Below, one piece after another: positions 22,326 to 33,373 of a stretch of 64,000 nt of DNA. How positions within the stretch are numbered: position 1 is the stretch's first letter; the number at the start of each line of letters is the position of its first letter. The stretch is taken from the NCBI RefSeq assembly GCF_022846255.1, contig NZ_AP025682.1; one strand, written 5' to 3'. The notes beneath the pieces were generated by a model, which saw nothing but the letters and a program-made list of their open reading frames with translations, was not told the DNA's origin and did no database searches. The translations under genes were made by a program, and so were the position numbers. The DNA comes from Escherichia coli (GTDB taxonomy: Bacteria > Pseudomonadota > Gammaproteobacteria > Enterobacterales > Enterobacteriaceae).

Positions 22326-23375
22326 TCATCCCGGTAACCGACTTTTCGGTCTGCCTGGCCCCAGTAAAATCGCCAGTTTGCTGCCGCCTTTGGTGGTTTC
22401 CATCCAGATTTTACACACGCTGGTTAATGGCACCGAAAGTAGCATCCCTACCGGGCCGAGCAGCCATCCCCAAATTAACAATGAAAGAAATACCACCATG
22501 GTGGACATCCCCAGGCGATGGCCCATCATCCGTGGTTCTAAAATATTGCCGATGACCATATGGACCACTAAAAACAATGCGCCGACCAGAATACATTCGT
22601 AAATACCATTAAACAGCAGCACCTGAATCATTGGCGGTACGGCGGAAATTACCGCACCGATGTTGGGCACGTAGTTGAGCAAAAACGCCAGTACTGCCCA
22701 CATCAGCGCAAACTGCACCCCCATCAGCTCCAGCCCCAGCCAGACGATTATGCCTGTCCATAAACTGAGTAGCGTCTTTAACGCCAGATAATGCGAAACG
22801 CCTTTAAGTGCGCGGTGTAGTCCGGCGATGTGAATCTGTGGATTATTCAACGCGAAACGCATTTTGTAAGGGACGTGGCGCACTTCAAACAGCATAAAAA
22901 CTACGGTCATCACCAGCAAAAGCACGCTCGCCATTGCCCCGGAAAGCCCGGTCATTAGCGCCGTGGTGAAGGTAACCACTTTTTCCGAGTCCATCCGCTG
23001 TAGTATTCGCTCCGGCGACATATGCAAATTAAGAAAAGGCAACATCTCCTGCAATTTAAAAAGTTTGCGCGTCAGCTCCTTATTAAACTTCGGCAGCATA
23101 GAGATAAATTCGTTAAACGATGCCGCCAGTACGCCGACCAGCGCGGTGAGTGCGATCAGCATCACCACAACCACAATCGTAATGGCAACGGGGCGTTGTA
23201 CTCCCCGACGAATAAACCAGGTGACGAGCGGGTTGAGAACGATGGCAAAAAACAGCGCCAGTAATAGCTGCACAATGATATCTGCCGCTGCGTGAATGCC
23301 CGCGAGGATCACTACCAGCGAGGCCAACTTGAGCAGAATGTGCATGCCCGTTTTATCGGGTTGAGGGGTTTCCAT
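22326..23375 (-). CDS. yhhT: AI-2E (PerM) family transporter YhhT
   Basis: 349 aa from METPQPDKTGMHILL...; multi-pass membrane protein. Confidence 0.85.
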   Translation of the reverse strand: METPQPDKTGMHILLKLASLVVILAGIHAAADIIVQLLLALFFAIVLNPLVTWFIRRGVQRPVAITIVVVVMLIALTALVGVLAASFNEFISMLPKFNKELTRKLFKLQEMLPFLNLHMSPERILQRMDSEKVVTFTTALMTGLSGAMASVLLLVMTVVFMLFEVRHVPYKMRFALNNPQIHIAGLHRALKGVSHYLALKTLLSLWTGIIVWLGLELMGVQFALMWAVLAFLLNYVPNIGAVISAVPPMIQVLLFNGIYECILVGALFLVVHMVIGNILEPRMMGHRLGMSTMVVFLSLLIWGWLLGPVGMLLSVPLTSVCKIWMETTKGGSKLAILLGPGRPKSRLPG

Positions 23376-23506
23376 TGGGGCTTCCTTGTGACTTTTTGTA
23401 TTAAGTGTAGCGGGAGTCACGCCAGCAATATTCTGATTCTTACTGCTGATTTTCACGTCAGCACATGGTAAAAATGAAACACTGTTGTAAAAATGTGGTG
23501 ATCCTC

Positions 23507-24724
23507 ATGCCCGAACCCGTAGCCGAACCCGCGCTAAACGGATTGCGCCTGAATTTGCGCATTGTCTCCATTGTCATGTTTAACTTCGCCAGCTACCTTA
23601 CCATCGGGTTGCCGCTCGCTGTATTACCGGGCTATGTCCATGATGTAATGGGATTTAGTGCATTCTGGGCAGGGTTGGTTATCAGCCTGCAATATTTTGC
23701 CACCTTGCTGAGCCGTCCTCATGCCGGACGTTACGCCGATTTACTGGGACCCAAAAAGATTGTCGTCTTCGGTTTATGCGGCTGCTTTTTGAGCGGTCTG
23801 GGATATCTGACGGCAGGATTAACCGCCAGTCTGCCCGTCATCAGCCTGTTATTACTGTGCCTGGGGCGCGTAATCCTTGGGATTGGACAAAGTTTTGCCG
23901 GAACGGGATCGACCCTGTGGGGTGTTGGCGTGGTTGGTTCGCTACATATCGGGCGGGTGATTTCGTGGAACGGTATTGTCACTTACGGGGCGATGGCGAT
24001 GGGTGCGCCGTTAGGTGTCGTGTTTTATCACTGGGGCGGATTGCAGGCGTTAGCGTTAATCATTATGGGCGTGGCACTGGTGGCCATTTTATTGGCGATC
24101 CCGCGTCCGACGGTAAAAGCCAGTAAAGGCAAACCGCTGCCGTTTCGTGCGGTGCTTGGGCGCGTCTGGCTGTACGGTATGGCGCTGGCACTGGCTTCCG
24201 CCGGATTTGGCGTTATCGCCACCTTTATCACGCTGTTTTATGACGCTAAAGGTTGGGACGGTGCGGCTTTCGCGCTGACGCTGTTTAGCTGTGCGTTTGT
24301 CGGTACGCGTTTGTTATTCCCTAACGGCATTAACCGTATCGGCGGCTTAAACGTGGCGATGATTTGCTTTAGCGTTGAGATAATCGGCCTGCTACTGGTT
24401 GGCGTGGCAACTATGCCGTGGATGGCGAAAATCGGCGTCTTACTGGCGGGGGCGGGGTTTTCTCTGGTGTTCCCTGCATTGGGCGTAGTGGCGGTAAAAG
24501 CGGTTCCGCAGCAAAATCAGGGGGCGGCGCTGGCAACTTACACCGTATTTATGGATTTATCGCTTGGCGTGACCGGACCACTGGCTGGGCTGGTGATGAG
24601 TTGGGCGGGCGTTCCGGTGATTTATCTGGCGGCGGCGGGACTGGTTGCAATCGCGTTATTACTGACGTGGCGATTAAAAAAACGGCCCCCGGTGGAAATA
24701 CCTGAGGCCGCCTCATCATCTTAA
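23507..24724 (+). CDS. yhhS: MFS transporter YhhS
   Basis: 405 aa from MPEPVAEPALNGL...; 12-TM MFS-like. Confidence 0.85.
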   Translation: MPEPVAEPALNGLRLNLRIVSIVMFNFASYLTIGLPLAVLPGYVHDVMGFSAFWAGLVISLQYFATLLSRPHAGRYADLLGPKKIVVFGLCGCFLSGLGYLTAGLTASLPVISLLLLCLGRVILGIGQSFAGTGSTLWGVGVVGSLHIGRVISWNGIVTYGAMAMGAPLGVVFYHWGGLQALALIIMGVALVAILLAIPRPTVKASKGKPLPFRAVLGRVWLYGMALALASAGFGVIATFITLFYDAKGWDGAAFALTLFSCAFVGTRLLFPNGINRIGGLNVAMICFSVEIIGLLLVGVATMPWMAKIGVLLAGAGFSLVFPALGVVAVKAVPQQNQGAALATYTVFMDLSLGVTGPLAGLVMSWAGVPVIYLAAAGLVAIALLLTWRLKKRPPVEIPEAASSS

Positions 24725-24727
24725 AAC

Positions 24728-25285
24728 TTACTGAATAACCAGCGTATTAATGATGTTTTCTGCGGTGGTCTGTGCTTTTTGCTGATTGTCAGCGGGCAGC
24801 GTAATTTGCATGGTTAGCAGTTGATTACCCACGTTACCCAGAATAACGGAAGAGTACGCCGTCTGGCCTTTCGCGGAGATAATGCTGTCTAACTGCTGCA
24901 TTTTGTGACCTTTCAGCTCAATGGCTTTATTGGTTACCACTTGCAGCTGCGGATCGCGGCTACGTTGCTGATCTTCCAGACGCTTCGCCAGCACCGCCAG
25001 ATCTTCTTTCGGATCATCGCCCATGATGACGATGACTGCTTTCTGCCCGGTGGCGTCGGACCAGACATGCATGTTATTGGCCTGCGTTCCCAGCTTACCG
25101 CTCTGGTCGGTCATATCCGCTGGCAGCGAGAAACTTAACTTGCCATCAAGCAGGTTGACGGGATTCCCGGTCGCGTTACTTTCTGCGACCGAACCCTGCG
25201 CCGTAGCGTTAGTGTCTTTATCATCACAGGCCGCAAGCCCCATAACCAGCAGGCCAATTCCGACATATTTAACCAGATTGCGCAT
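24728..25285 (-). CDS. dcrB: Periplasmic lipoprotein DcrB
   Basis: 185 aa from [20 protein letters not shown] (lipobox). Confidence 0.88.
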   Translation of the reverse strand: MRNLVKYVGIGLLVMGLAACDDKDTNATAQGSVAESNATGNPVNLLDGKLSFSLPADMTDQSGKLGTQANNMHVWSDATGQKAVIVIMGDDPKEDLAVLAKRLEDQQRSRDPQLQVVTNKAIELKGHKMQQLDSIISAKGQTAYSSVILGNVGNQLLTMQITLPADNQQKAQTTAENIINTLVIQ

Positions 25286-25357
25286 TGACTTCTTCCTTTC
25301 GATAAACGGCCATAACGGCTCATTCATCCATCTTATCACAACTCTGATAACGAACCT

Positions 25358-26023
25358 TTAACTCGCCTGCAAAGCGTTGATTTCGGATTTATCTGCCAGT
25401 CTTTTCAACAGCATATTGAGTAATACGCCATACATTGGCAGGAAGAAAACGATACTGATTAACACTTTGAAACAGTAATCGACCAGCGCGATTTCCATCC
25501 AGTGTTCAGCCATAAAGGCATCCGGGCTACGCCAGAAGGCAATGAAGAAGAAGGCCAGCGTGTCGCTGACGTTACCAAACAGTGTGGACGCTGTCGGTGC
25601 CAGCCACCAGTGACGACTCTGACGCAGGCGGTTAAAAACGTGCACGTCGAGGATCTGCCCCAGCGCGTAGGCCATGAAACTGGCGGTGGCGATACGGGCG
25701 ACAAACAGGTTGAAGTGGGCGAGCGCGCCGAATCCTTGCCATGACCCCATATAAAACAGCGATGAGATGACGTAGGAGATCAGCAATGCGGGGATCATTA
25801 CCGCAAAGATGATGCGACGAGCCAGCGGCGCGCCAAAAATACGCACGGTCAGGTCAGTAGCGAGAAAGATAAACGGAAAGCTAAACGCGCCCCAGGTGGT
25901 ATGAAAACCAAAAATGGAGACCGGAAGCTGAACCAGATAGTTACTGGAGGTGATCACCAGAAGATGAAATAACGATAACCAGAACAACGCCTTATAGCGT
26001 TGCGTTTGCGAGAAAACGTTCAT
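25358..26023 (-). CDS. yhhQ: Queuosine precursor transporter YhhQ
   Basis: 221 aa multi-pass membrane protein. Confidence 0.88.
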   Translation of the reverse strand: MNVFSQTQRYKALFWLSLFHLLVITSSNYLVQLPVSIFGFHTTWGAFSFPFIFLATDLTVRIFGAPLARRIIFAVMIPALLISYVISSLFYMGSWQGFGALAHFNLFVARIATASFMAYALGQILDVHVFNRLRQSRHWWLAPTASTLFGNVSDTLAFFFIAFWRSPDAFMAEHWMEIALVDYCFKVLISIVFFLPMYGVLLNMLLKRLADKSEINALQAS

Positions 26024-26243
26024 ATTGTACCTTTTTGATTAACCATTGGGGTGAGGGAACCCAATACGTACGACACGTCTGTTACCTTAACATAATAACG
26101 TGCTGACCCTTTTTTCGAGCCGCCGCATGATACTGCTTTACGTTGACAATGCAATGGTTAATTTTCACGCAATCGTTAACCTGGTTTGCTTACGGACTCA
26201 CAGGGCGTAAACTAGCGCCGTTTTTTTATGTGATGAGAAGAAA

Positions 26244-26489
26244 ATGACCGATCTCTTTTCCAGCCCTGACCACACACTCGACGCACTTGGCCTGCGCTGC
26301 CCGGAACCAGTAATGATGGTGCGCAAAACAGTGCGCAATATGCAGCCAGGTGAAACGTTGTTGATTATTGCCGACGATCCGGCGACGACCCGTGATATTC
26401 CTGGGTTTTGTACCTTTATGGAACACGAACTGGTTGCTAAAGAGACGGATGGACTGCCTTATCGTTATTTGATTCGTAAAGGCGGTTGA
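26244..26489 (+). CDS. tusA: Sulfur carrier protein TusA
   Basis: 81 aa with conserved CPxP motif (LRCPEPV). Confidence 0.95.
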
Positions 26490-26519
26490 TGGGGGAAGAT
26501 TGGCTTCGATGCCGCCTTT

Positions 26520-26740
26520 TGCCCTCACCCTAACCCTCTCCCCAGAGGAGCGAGGGGACCGATCGCTCTCAATGTTGCTGCTTGAAACCGGTTTGTAGGC
26601 CGGATAAGGCGTTCAAGCTGCATCTGGCGATACGGTGCACAATGCCTGATGCGACGCTGTCGCGTCTTATCATGCCTACGAGTTCGATGCTCTGTGTAGG
26701 CCGGATAAGGTGTTCACGCCGCATCCGGCATTGTTGGACC
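26520..26740. repeat. Cluster of REP/BIME-type repetitive extragenic palindromes
   Basis: Multiple copies of TGTAGGCCGGATAAGGCG...GCATCCGGCA-type palindromic units between tusA and zntA. Confidence 0.8.
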
Positions 26741-26757
26741 GTAGACTGATAGCCTCT

Positions 26758-28956
26758 TTATTTCCTGCGCAATAACCGTAACGCATTCGCCGTTACCAGC
26801 ACCGTCGCACCCGTATCTGCCAGCACCGCCAGCCACAGGCCGGTCATCCCTAACAGCGTGGTGACGAGGAAAACGCCTTTCAGCCCCAGCGCAATAGTGA
26901 TGTTCTGGCGAATATTCGCGTGAGTGGCGCGCGCCAGTTCAATCATTTGCACCAGGCCGCGCAGGTGGTTATGGGTTAATGCTGCATCGGCGGTTTCCAG
27001 CGCCACGTCTGTGCCGCTACCCATTGCAATCCCGATGGCGGCAGCTTTCATCGCTGGCGCGTCGTTAATACCATCACCGACCATCGCCAGCGGCGCATGT
27101 TGATTCAGCTCGGTCACCGCTTTGACTTTATCTTCCGGCAAGAGGCCCGCTTTAAATTCCAGCCCCAGTTCCCCGGCGATTGCCGCTGCTGCGCGTGGAT
27201 TATCGCCGGTGAGGATCACCCCTTTGACACCCAGCGCGTTCAGTTCACTGATAGCAGTTGCAGCATCGGCGCGCAGGGTATCCTGCAACGCAATGACACC
27301 AAGCACGTCATCATTACGTACTACCAGCACTACCGTTTGCCCGGCGCTTTCCAGTTCATTAATCAAACCAGCAAATGCATCAGCAGGATGTTTTCCGGCA
27401 GCGCATATCAACACGCGCTCACCGTTAACCTGCGCTTCAATGCCAGACCCGACCAGCGCCCGCTGTGATTGGGCGGTGGGAATGGCGAGTTCAGCAACCT
27501 GTGCTTCGCGCACAATGGCCTGTGCCAGTGGATGCGTCGCGCCTTGCTCGACCGCCGCCGCCAGTGTCAGCAGTTCAGATTCACTAATACCCGTTGCCGG
27601 ATGAATCGCGGTAACGCGCGGTTTACCGACGGTCAGCGTACCGGTTTTATCAAACGCCACCTGGGTAACACGACCCAGCTGCTCCAGCGCCGCGCCGCCT
27701 TTAATCAACGCCCCACGACGCGCTGCTGCCGCCAGCCCGGAGGTAATCGCCGCGGGCGTGGAGATAACTAAAGCACACGGGCAACCAATCAGCAGCAGCG
27801 TCAGCCCTTTATAAATCCACTCCTGCCAGCTGGCGGCAAACAGCAGCGGCGGCACCAGCGTTACCAGCAGGGCGACGGCCATAATCGCTGGCGTGTAAAT
27901 ACGGCTGAAACGGTCGATAAACCGCTCAATAGGTGCGCGGCGCTCTTCGGCTTCTTCAATCAGTTTCAGAATCCGGTCAATGGCGCTGGCACCCGGTTCA
28001 GACAGCACTTCCAGCGTTACCAGACGGTCTACGCTGGTGGCGCCTGCAGGAACTTTATCGCCCGTCGCGCGCTCCACAGGAATGGATTCTCCGGTCAGGG
28101 CACTTTCATCAAAACTGGCAAACGGTGAGAGCAGTTTACCGTCGGCAGGCAAACGCCCACCTGCCGCAACTTCAATCACATCGCCAGGCCGCAGGCTGTT
28201 TATTGCCACCTCTTCACGCTCACCGTTACGCAGACGCGTGGCGGTTTCTGGCTTCAGCGCCATTAACGCGCTAACGCCCTGACGCGCGCGGCTGGCGGCC
28301 CAGCCTTCCAGTCGTTCACCAATCAAAAACAGCAGCAACACCATCGCAGCTTCAGCCGTTGCGCCAATAAACAGCGCACCAATAGCGGCTACGCTCATTA
28401 AGGTTTCAATGGCGAAGTAGCTGCCAGATTTGATCAGCCGTAATGCCTGACGAGCAATTGGGTACAGCCCAACCAGCGTGGTCGCGATAAACGCCAGTTG
28501 ACCAAACGGATGATTGAACTGCTCCAGCCCCCAACTGATTGCCATCATCACGATAAGCGTAATCAGCGGCAGATTCTCTTTCAGGCGTGATTCTTGTGGT
28601 TCGTCGGAGGCCTGTTCATCGCGCAGGGAATAGCCCGCTTTTTGCACCGCAGATTCAACTTGTGCCCGGATGTCATTGTCGGCATCCACCACCAGTTTTT
28701 CGGTGGCGAACAACACCTGTACCTGATTCACGCCTGCAAGCTGGCGCACGGCATTTTCCACTTTGCGCGCACAGGCGGCGCAGTCCATACCGCTGACTTT
28801 CCAGCTATAGCGGGTGCCGGAGACGTTTTCAGAGAGAGTTGGCGTGCTGGAACATGCGCCGTCGCAGCAACAGTCGTTGGTGTTCTGTACCGTAGTTAGC
28901 GGTTTGAACGCAGCAAATTGAGGGGCTTTCTTGCCGTGATTGTCAGGAGTCGACAT
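26758..28956 (-). CDS. zntA: Zn(II)/Cd(II)/Pb(II)-translocating P-type ATPase ZntA
   Basis: 732 aa; N-terminal metal-binding GMDCAAC, CPC transduction motif, DKTGTLT phosphorylation site. Confidence 0.95.
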   Translation of the reverse strand: MSTPDNHGKKAPQFAAFKPLTTVQNTNDCCCDGACSSTPTLSENVSGTRYSWKVSGMDCAACARKVENAVRQLAGVNQVQVLFATEKLVVDADNDIRAQVESAVQKAGYSLRDEQASDEPQESRLKENLPLITLIVMMAISWGLEQFNHPFGQLAFIATTLVGLYPIARQALRLIKSGSYFAIETLMSVAAIGALFIGATAEAAMVLLLFLIGERLEGWAASRARQGVSALMALKPETATRLRNGEREEVAINSLRPGDVIEVAAGGRLPADGKLLSPFASFDESALTGESIPVERATGDKVPAGATSVDRLVTLEVLSEPGASAIDRILKLIEEAEERRAPIERFIDRFSRIYTPAIMAVALLVTLVPPLLFAASWQEWIYKGLTLLLIGCPCALVISTPAAITSGLAAAARRGALIKGGAALEQLGRVTQVAFDKTGTLTVGKPRVTAIHPATGISESELLTLAAAVEQGATHPLAQAIVREAQVAELAIPTAQSQRALVGSGIEAQVNGERVLICAAGKHPADAFAGLINELESAGQTVVLVVRNDDVLGVIALQDTLRADAATAISELNALGVKGVILTGDNPRAAAAIAGELGLEFKAGLLPEDKVKAVTELNQHAPLAMVGDGINDAPAMKAAAIGIAMGSGTDVALETADAALTHNHLRGLVQMIELARATHANIRQNITIALGLKGVFLVTTLLGMTGLWLAVLADTGATVLVTANALRLLRRK

Positions 28957-28998
28957 GGCATCCTCCGGTTAAGTTTTTTCTCATTAACCGAAGGATAC

Positions 28999-29020
28999 AC
29001 TCTGGAGTCGACTCCAGAGT
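28999..29020. promoter_or_regulatory. ZntR (MerR-family) operator in the zntA promoter
   Basis: Perfect dyad ACTCTGGAGTCGACTCCAGAGT immediately upstream of zntA. Confidence 0.85.
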
Positions 29021-29029
29021 CAAGTTTTA

Positions 29030-29656
29030 TCAGAGATACAGCGAGCGGACGATGAGGAAGTGACCAGCAAAGTAGCAGGCCGCGGCAATGGCGTTATCCG
29101 CACGGAAGCGTCGGCGATAGTGACTACCCAGCCAGACAAAGTTACTGATAAACAGCAACGAAGCGCCGACAAACGCAGAGAGCGCCGGAGCGGTCGGACG
29201 GAAGAACCACAGTTCACCTGCCAGCCACACCATCACCAGCGTCATGCCGATAAACGTGCAGATAGGCCAACGATACTCTTCCAGACGCGTCCAGATAATC
29301 GCCAGTAACAGCGCGCCCAGAACCAGCAGCACCAACGGCAGAGGCCAGAAGAAAGAGAGCGTCATCTGACTGGCGAAATAGATGGTGTACAGCAGGTGCG
29401 AGAGGAAAAACGCGCCGATGGCGTACATCAGACGTTGACGTGGCAACAGGGTTAGCGCATCGCCCAGCAGTGAGGCACACAGCCCCGCCAGCACCAGATA
29501 GCTAATGGCGTCGAACATCGGCGCTTGCCAGGCCAGCAACAGCAGGAGAAGAAGGGTTAACGGTTTAAACACCCAGCGTTGCCAGGTTGGCCCACGATAC
29601 GATGCATCCACAGATAGCCATGCGGAAAGACAGACAGCGATAAACGACCAAAGCAT
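29030..29656 (-). CDS. yhhN: YhhN-family membrane protein (lysoplasmalogenase-like)
   Basis: 208 aa hydrophobic protein. Confidence 0.85.
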
Positions 29657-29796
29657 CTTAGTTCCTTGAATTCGTTATTTTTTCGTAAGCGGAATGCCTA
29701 CGGTCTTGTTTCCAGTTTAGTGGCGAGGGTGGACGGATGACAACACCATAACTGGCAGGGTATGCTTATTTCCGCATTTTCCGATGAGGGATAAAG

Positions 29797-30156
29797 ATGA
29801 GTAAACCACCTCTTTTCTTTATTGTTATCATTGGCTTAATCATCGTCGCCGCATCGTTTCGTTTTATGCAACAACGACGGGAAAAAGCTGATAATGATAT
29901 GGCACCGCTCCAGCAAAAGCTGGTGGTGGTGAGCAACAAGCGGGAAAAACCGATTAACGATCGCCGTTCGCGCCAGCAGGAAGTGACTCCGGCAGGCACC
30001 AGTATGCGCTATGAGGCAAGCTTCAAACCGCAAAGCGGAGGAATGGAGCAGACGTTTCGCCTCGACGCCCAGCAGTACCACGCCCTGACAGTGGGTGATA
30101 AAGGTACGCTGAGCTATAAAGGAACGCGCTTTGTCAGCTTTGTAGGCGAACAATAA
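29797..30156 (+). CDS. yhhM: DUF2500-family protein YhhM
   Basis: 119 aa, N-terminal TM helix. Confidence 0.85.
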   Translation: MSKPPLFFIVIIGLIIVAASFRFMQQRREKADNDMAPLQQKLVVVSNKREKPINDRRSRQQEVTPAGTSMRYEASFKPQSGGMEQTFRLDAQQYHALTVGDKGTLSYKGTRFVSFVGEQ

Positions 30157-30158
30157 GG

Positions 30159-30428
30159 TTATTTTTTAACTTTAAATTTCTTCTGCCAGACCAGCAGTTC
30201 AAACACGCCGAAAAGGAAAATCCGCACCTTTTCGGCGGTGGTCATCTGCGGGCCATCTTTCGGTAAAGTGGATTTCAATAGCGCCAGCTGCATACCATGC
30301 ATCAGCACGGTAAAAATCAGCGCCACGTTAACGAAAATATTCAGCGGGCGTGGGAAGGGATGCACCAGGTTGAGGATTAAAAATCCCCAAACACAGAGCA
30401 TTAACAAACGACCAATATTAATCAGCAT
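30159..30428 (-). CDS. yhhL: Small membrane protein YhhL (DUF1145)
   Basis: 89 aa from MLINIGRLLMLCVWGF...; start overlaps rsmD 3' end. Confidence 0.8.
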   Translation of the reverse strand: MLINIGRLLMLCVWGFLILNLVHPFPRPLNIFVNVALIFTVLMHGMQLALLKSTLPKDGPQMTTAEKVRIFLFGVFELLVWQKKFKVKK

Positions 30429-31014
30429 CACTTTCTCCTTGTGCTTCGCGTTGATACAGCCGATAAGCCACCTGACCCGCCACTTTTTCCCGATGTAATG
30501 ACCAGTTTGCCGGAACAGTGGGCAGACCGTTTTCGACTTCGCTTTCGACATAAATCAGGGCTTCGTCAGCCAGCCAGCCGTTATCTTCCAGTAAATTTAT
30601 CGTCTCTTCTAACAAGCCACGGCGGAACGGTGGATCGACAAACACGATATTATGCGGTGTGCCTTTTTGCGCCAGGAATGACATCGCGTTGCTGTTCACC
30701 ACGCGTGCATTGCCTGCTTTTAGTGTCGCCAGATTCTTAATTAACTGCTGAGAAACCGCACGATCCATCTCAATCAACGTGGCCCCCGCAGCGTAGCGCG
30801 ATAACGCTTCCAGCCCCAGCGCGCCGCTCCCGGCGAAGCAATCCAGACATTGGGCGTCAACAATGACTGGAGCCAGCCAGTTAAACAACGTTTCGCGTAC
30901 GCGGTCGGTGGTGGGGCGCAGACCTGGACTATCAGGAACCGGGAGTTTACGGCCTCGCCACTGCCCGCCAATAATGCGGATTTGGCCGCTGCCGGAATGA
31001 TTCGGTTTTTTCAT
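30418..31014 (-). CDS. rsmD: 16S rRNA (guanine966-N2)-methyltransferase RsmD
   Basis: 198 aa; SAM-MTase motifs (LDCFAGSGALGLEALSR, DPPF). Confidence 0.92.
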   Translation of the reverse strand: MKKPNHSGSGQIRIIGGQWRGRKLPVPDSPGLRPTTDRVRETLFNWLAPVIVDAQCLDCFAGSGALGLEALSRYAAGATLIEMDRAVSQQLIKNLATLKAGNARVVNSNAMSFLAQKGTPHNIVFVDPPFRRGLLEETINLLEDNGWLADEALIYVESEVENGLPTVPANWSLHREKVAGQVAYRLYQREAQGESDAD

Positions 31015-31163
31015 GATAAATTGCTCAATCCGCCAGATAACACATACTTGCAGGCGGTGATGTGAATTAAGTTAAGTGATAGACTATTTCATCATTTTTT
31101 TAGCTGCTATGTACATAGCGTTAACGCTGTGCCATGAAGCAACAGCGAGGAGTGTAGTCGCAA

Positions 31164-32702
31164 ATGGCGAAAGAAAAAAAACGTGGCTTTTTTTCCTGGC
31201 TGGGCTTTGGTCAAAAAGAGCAGACCCCGGAAAAAGAGACAGAAGTTCAGAATGAACAACCAGTTGTAGAAGAAATCGTTCAGGCGCAAGAGCCTGTGAA
31301 GGCTTCTGAACACGCCGTTGAAGAGCAGCCGCAGGCGCATACTGAAGCCGAGGCGGAAACTTTTGCTGCCGACGTTGTGGAAGTTACTGAACAGGTTGCT
31401 GAAAGTGAAAAAGCGCAGCCTGAAGCTGTTGCTGAACCGGAAGTTATTACTGAGCCGGAAACGATAGTTGAAGAAACGCCAGCGTCAGTCATTGAACCTG
31501 AAGTTACGCCAGAGCCTGTGGCTATCGAGCGTGAAGAGCTGCCGTTGCCGGAAGACGTCAAAGCCGAAGAGGTTTCGCCAGAAGAGTGGCAGGCCGAAGC
31601 GGAAACCGTAGAGATTGTCGAAGCGGCGGAAGAAGAAGCGGCTAAAGACGAAATCACCGACGAAGAGCTGGAAGCACAGGCGCTGGCTGCCGAAGCGGCA
31701 GAAGAGGCGGTGATGGTGGTTCCTCCGGCAGAAGAAGAGCAGCCGGTGGAAGAAATCGCTCAGGAGCAGGAAAAACCGACCAAAGAAGGTTTCTTCGCGC
31801 GCCTGAAACGCAGCCTGTTAAAAACCAAAGAAAATCTCGGTTCCGGATTTATCAGCCTGTTCCGCGGTAAAAAAATCGACGATGATCTGTTTGAAGAGCT
31901 GGAAGAACAGCTGTTGATCGCCGATGTGGGCGTGGAAACCACACGTAAAATTATCACCAATCTGACAGAAGGCGCATCCCGCAAGCAGCTTCGTGATGCC
32001 GAGGCGCTCTATGGCCTGCTGAAAGAAGAGATGGGCGAGATTCTGGCGAAAGTCGATGAGCCGCTGAATGTTGAAGGTAAAACGCCGTTCGTGATCCTGA
32101 TGGTGGGCGTCAACGGTGTGGGTAAAACCACGACGATTGGTAAGCTGGCGCGTCAGTTTGAGCAGCAGGGTAAATCGGTGATGCTGGCGGCAGGCGATAC
32201 TTTCCGTGCGGCAGCGGTTGAACAGCTTCAGGTCTGGGGTCAGCGCAACAATATTCCGGTGATTGCCCAGCATACCGGTGCTGATTCCGCTTCTGTTATC
32301 TTCGACGCCATTCAGGCCGCTAAAGCGCGTAACATCGACGTCCTGATTGCCGATACCGCCGGACGCCTGCAAAACAAATCGCACCTGATGGAAGAGTTGA
32401 AGAAAATCGTCCGCGTGATGAAGAAACTCGACGTTGAAGCTCCGCATGAAGTTATGCTGACTATTGATGCCAGCACCGGGCAGAATGCGGTAAGCCAGGC
32501 CAAACTGTTCCACGAAGCCGTTGGCTTAACCGGCATCACGCTAACGAAACTGGACGGCACGGCGAAAGGCGGGGTAATTTTCTCGGTGGCTGACCAGTTT
32601 GGTATCCCTATCCGCTACATTGGTGTCGGCGAACGTATTGAGGATTTGCGTCCGTTTAAGGCGGACGACTTTATAGAGGCACTTTTTGCCCGAGAGGATT
32701 AA
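31164..32702 (+). CDS. ftsY: Signal recognition particle receptor FtsY
   Basis: 512 aa; acidic N-terminal A domain, NG domain with GVNGVGKTTT, DTAGR, TKLD motifs. Confidence 0.95.
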   Translation: MAKEKKRGFFSWLGFGQKEQTPEKETEVQNEQPVVEEIVQAQEPVKASEHAVEEQPQAHTEAEAETFAADVVEVTEQVAESEKAQPEAVAEPEVITEPETIVEETPASVIEPEVTPEPVAIEREELPLPEDVKAEEVSPEEWQAEAETVEIVEAAEEEAAKDEITDEELEAQALAAEAAEEAVMVVPPAEEEQPVEEIAQEQEKPTKEGFFARLKRSLLKTKENLGSGFISLFRGKKIDDDLFEELEEQLLIADVGVETTRKIITNLTEGASRKQLRDAEALYGLLKEEMGEILAKVDEPLNVEGKTPFVILMVGVNGVGKTTTIGKLARQFEQQGKSVMLAAGDTFRAAAVEQLQVWGQRNNIPVIAQHTGADSASVIFDAIQAAKARNIDVLIADTAGRLQNKSHLMEELKKIVRVMKKLDVEAPHEVMLTIDASTGQNAVSQAKLFHEAVGLTGITLTKLDGTAKGGVIFSVADQFGIPIRYIGVGERIEDLRPFKADDFIEALFARED

Positions 32703-32704
32703 CA

Positions 32705-33373
32705 ATGATTCGCTTTGAACATGTCAGCAAGGCTTATCTCGGTGGGAGACAGGCGCTGCAGGGCGTTACGTTCCATATGCAGCCGGGTGAGATGGCGTTT
32801 CTGACCGGTCATTCCGGCGCAGGGAAAAGTACCCTCCTGAAGCTGATCTGTGGGATTGAGCGGCCCAGCGCCGGGAAAATCTGGTTTAGCGGCCATGACA
32901 TCACGCGTCTGAAAAACCGTGAAGTTCCGTTTCTGCGCCGCCAGATTGGCATGATTTTCCAGGATCACCATCTACTGATGGACCGTACTGTCTATGATAA
33001 CGTGGCGATCCCGCTGATTATCGCCGGTGCCAGCGGTGATGACATTCGTCGCCGGGTGTCGGCGGCGCTGGATAAAGTCGGGCTACTGGACAAAGCGAAG
33101 AACTTCCCTATTCAGCTTTCCGGCGGTGAACAACAGCGTGTTGGCATTGCCCGCGCGGTGGTGAACAAGCCCGCGGTACTGCTGGCGGACGAACCGACTG
33201 GTAACCTGGACGACGCGCTGTCGGAAGGCATTTTACGTCTGTTTGAAGAGTTTAACCGCGTTGGAGTAACCGTATTGATGGCAACGCACGACATCAACCT
33301 GATTTCGCGACGTTCCTATCGCATGCTCACCCTGAGCGATGGTCACTTGCATGGAGGCGTGGGCCATGAATAA
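32705..33373 (+). CDS. ftsE: Cell division ATP-binding protein FtsE
   Basis: 222 aa ABC ATPase ([17 protein letters not shown]). Confidence 0.95.

Noticed and set aside
27097..28282. Several plus-strand ORFs (100-160 aa) inside zntA
   Set aside because: Antisense shadow ORFs within the well-supported zntA coding region.
31280..32560. Minus-strand ORFs (125-231 aa) inside ftsY
   Set aside because: Antisense to ftsY; the 31280..31657 frame is Ser/Thr/Ala low-complexity mirroring the acidic repeat region.
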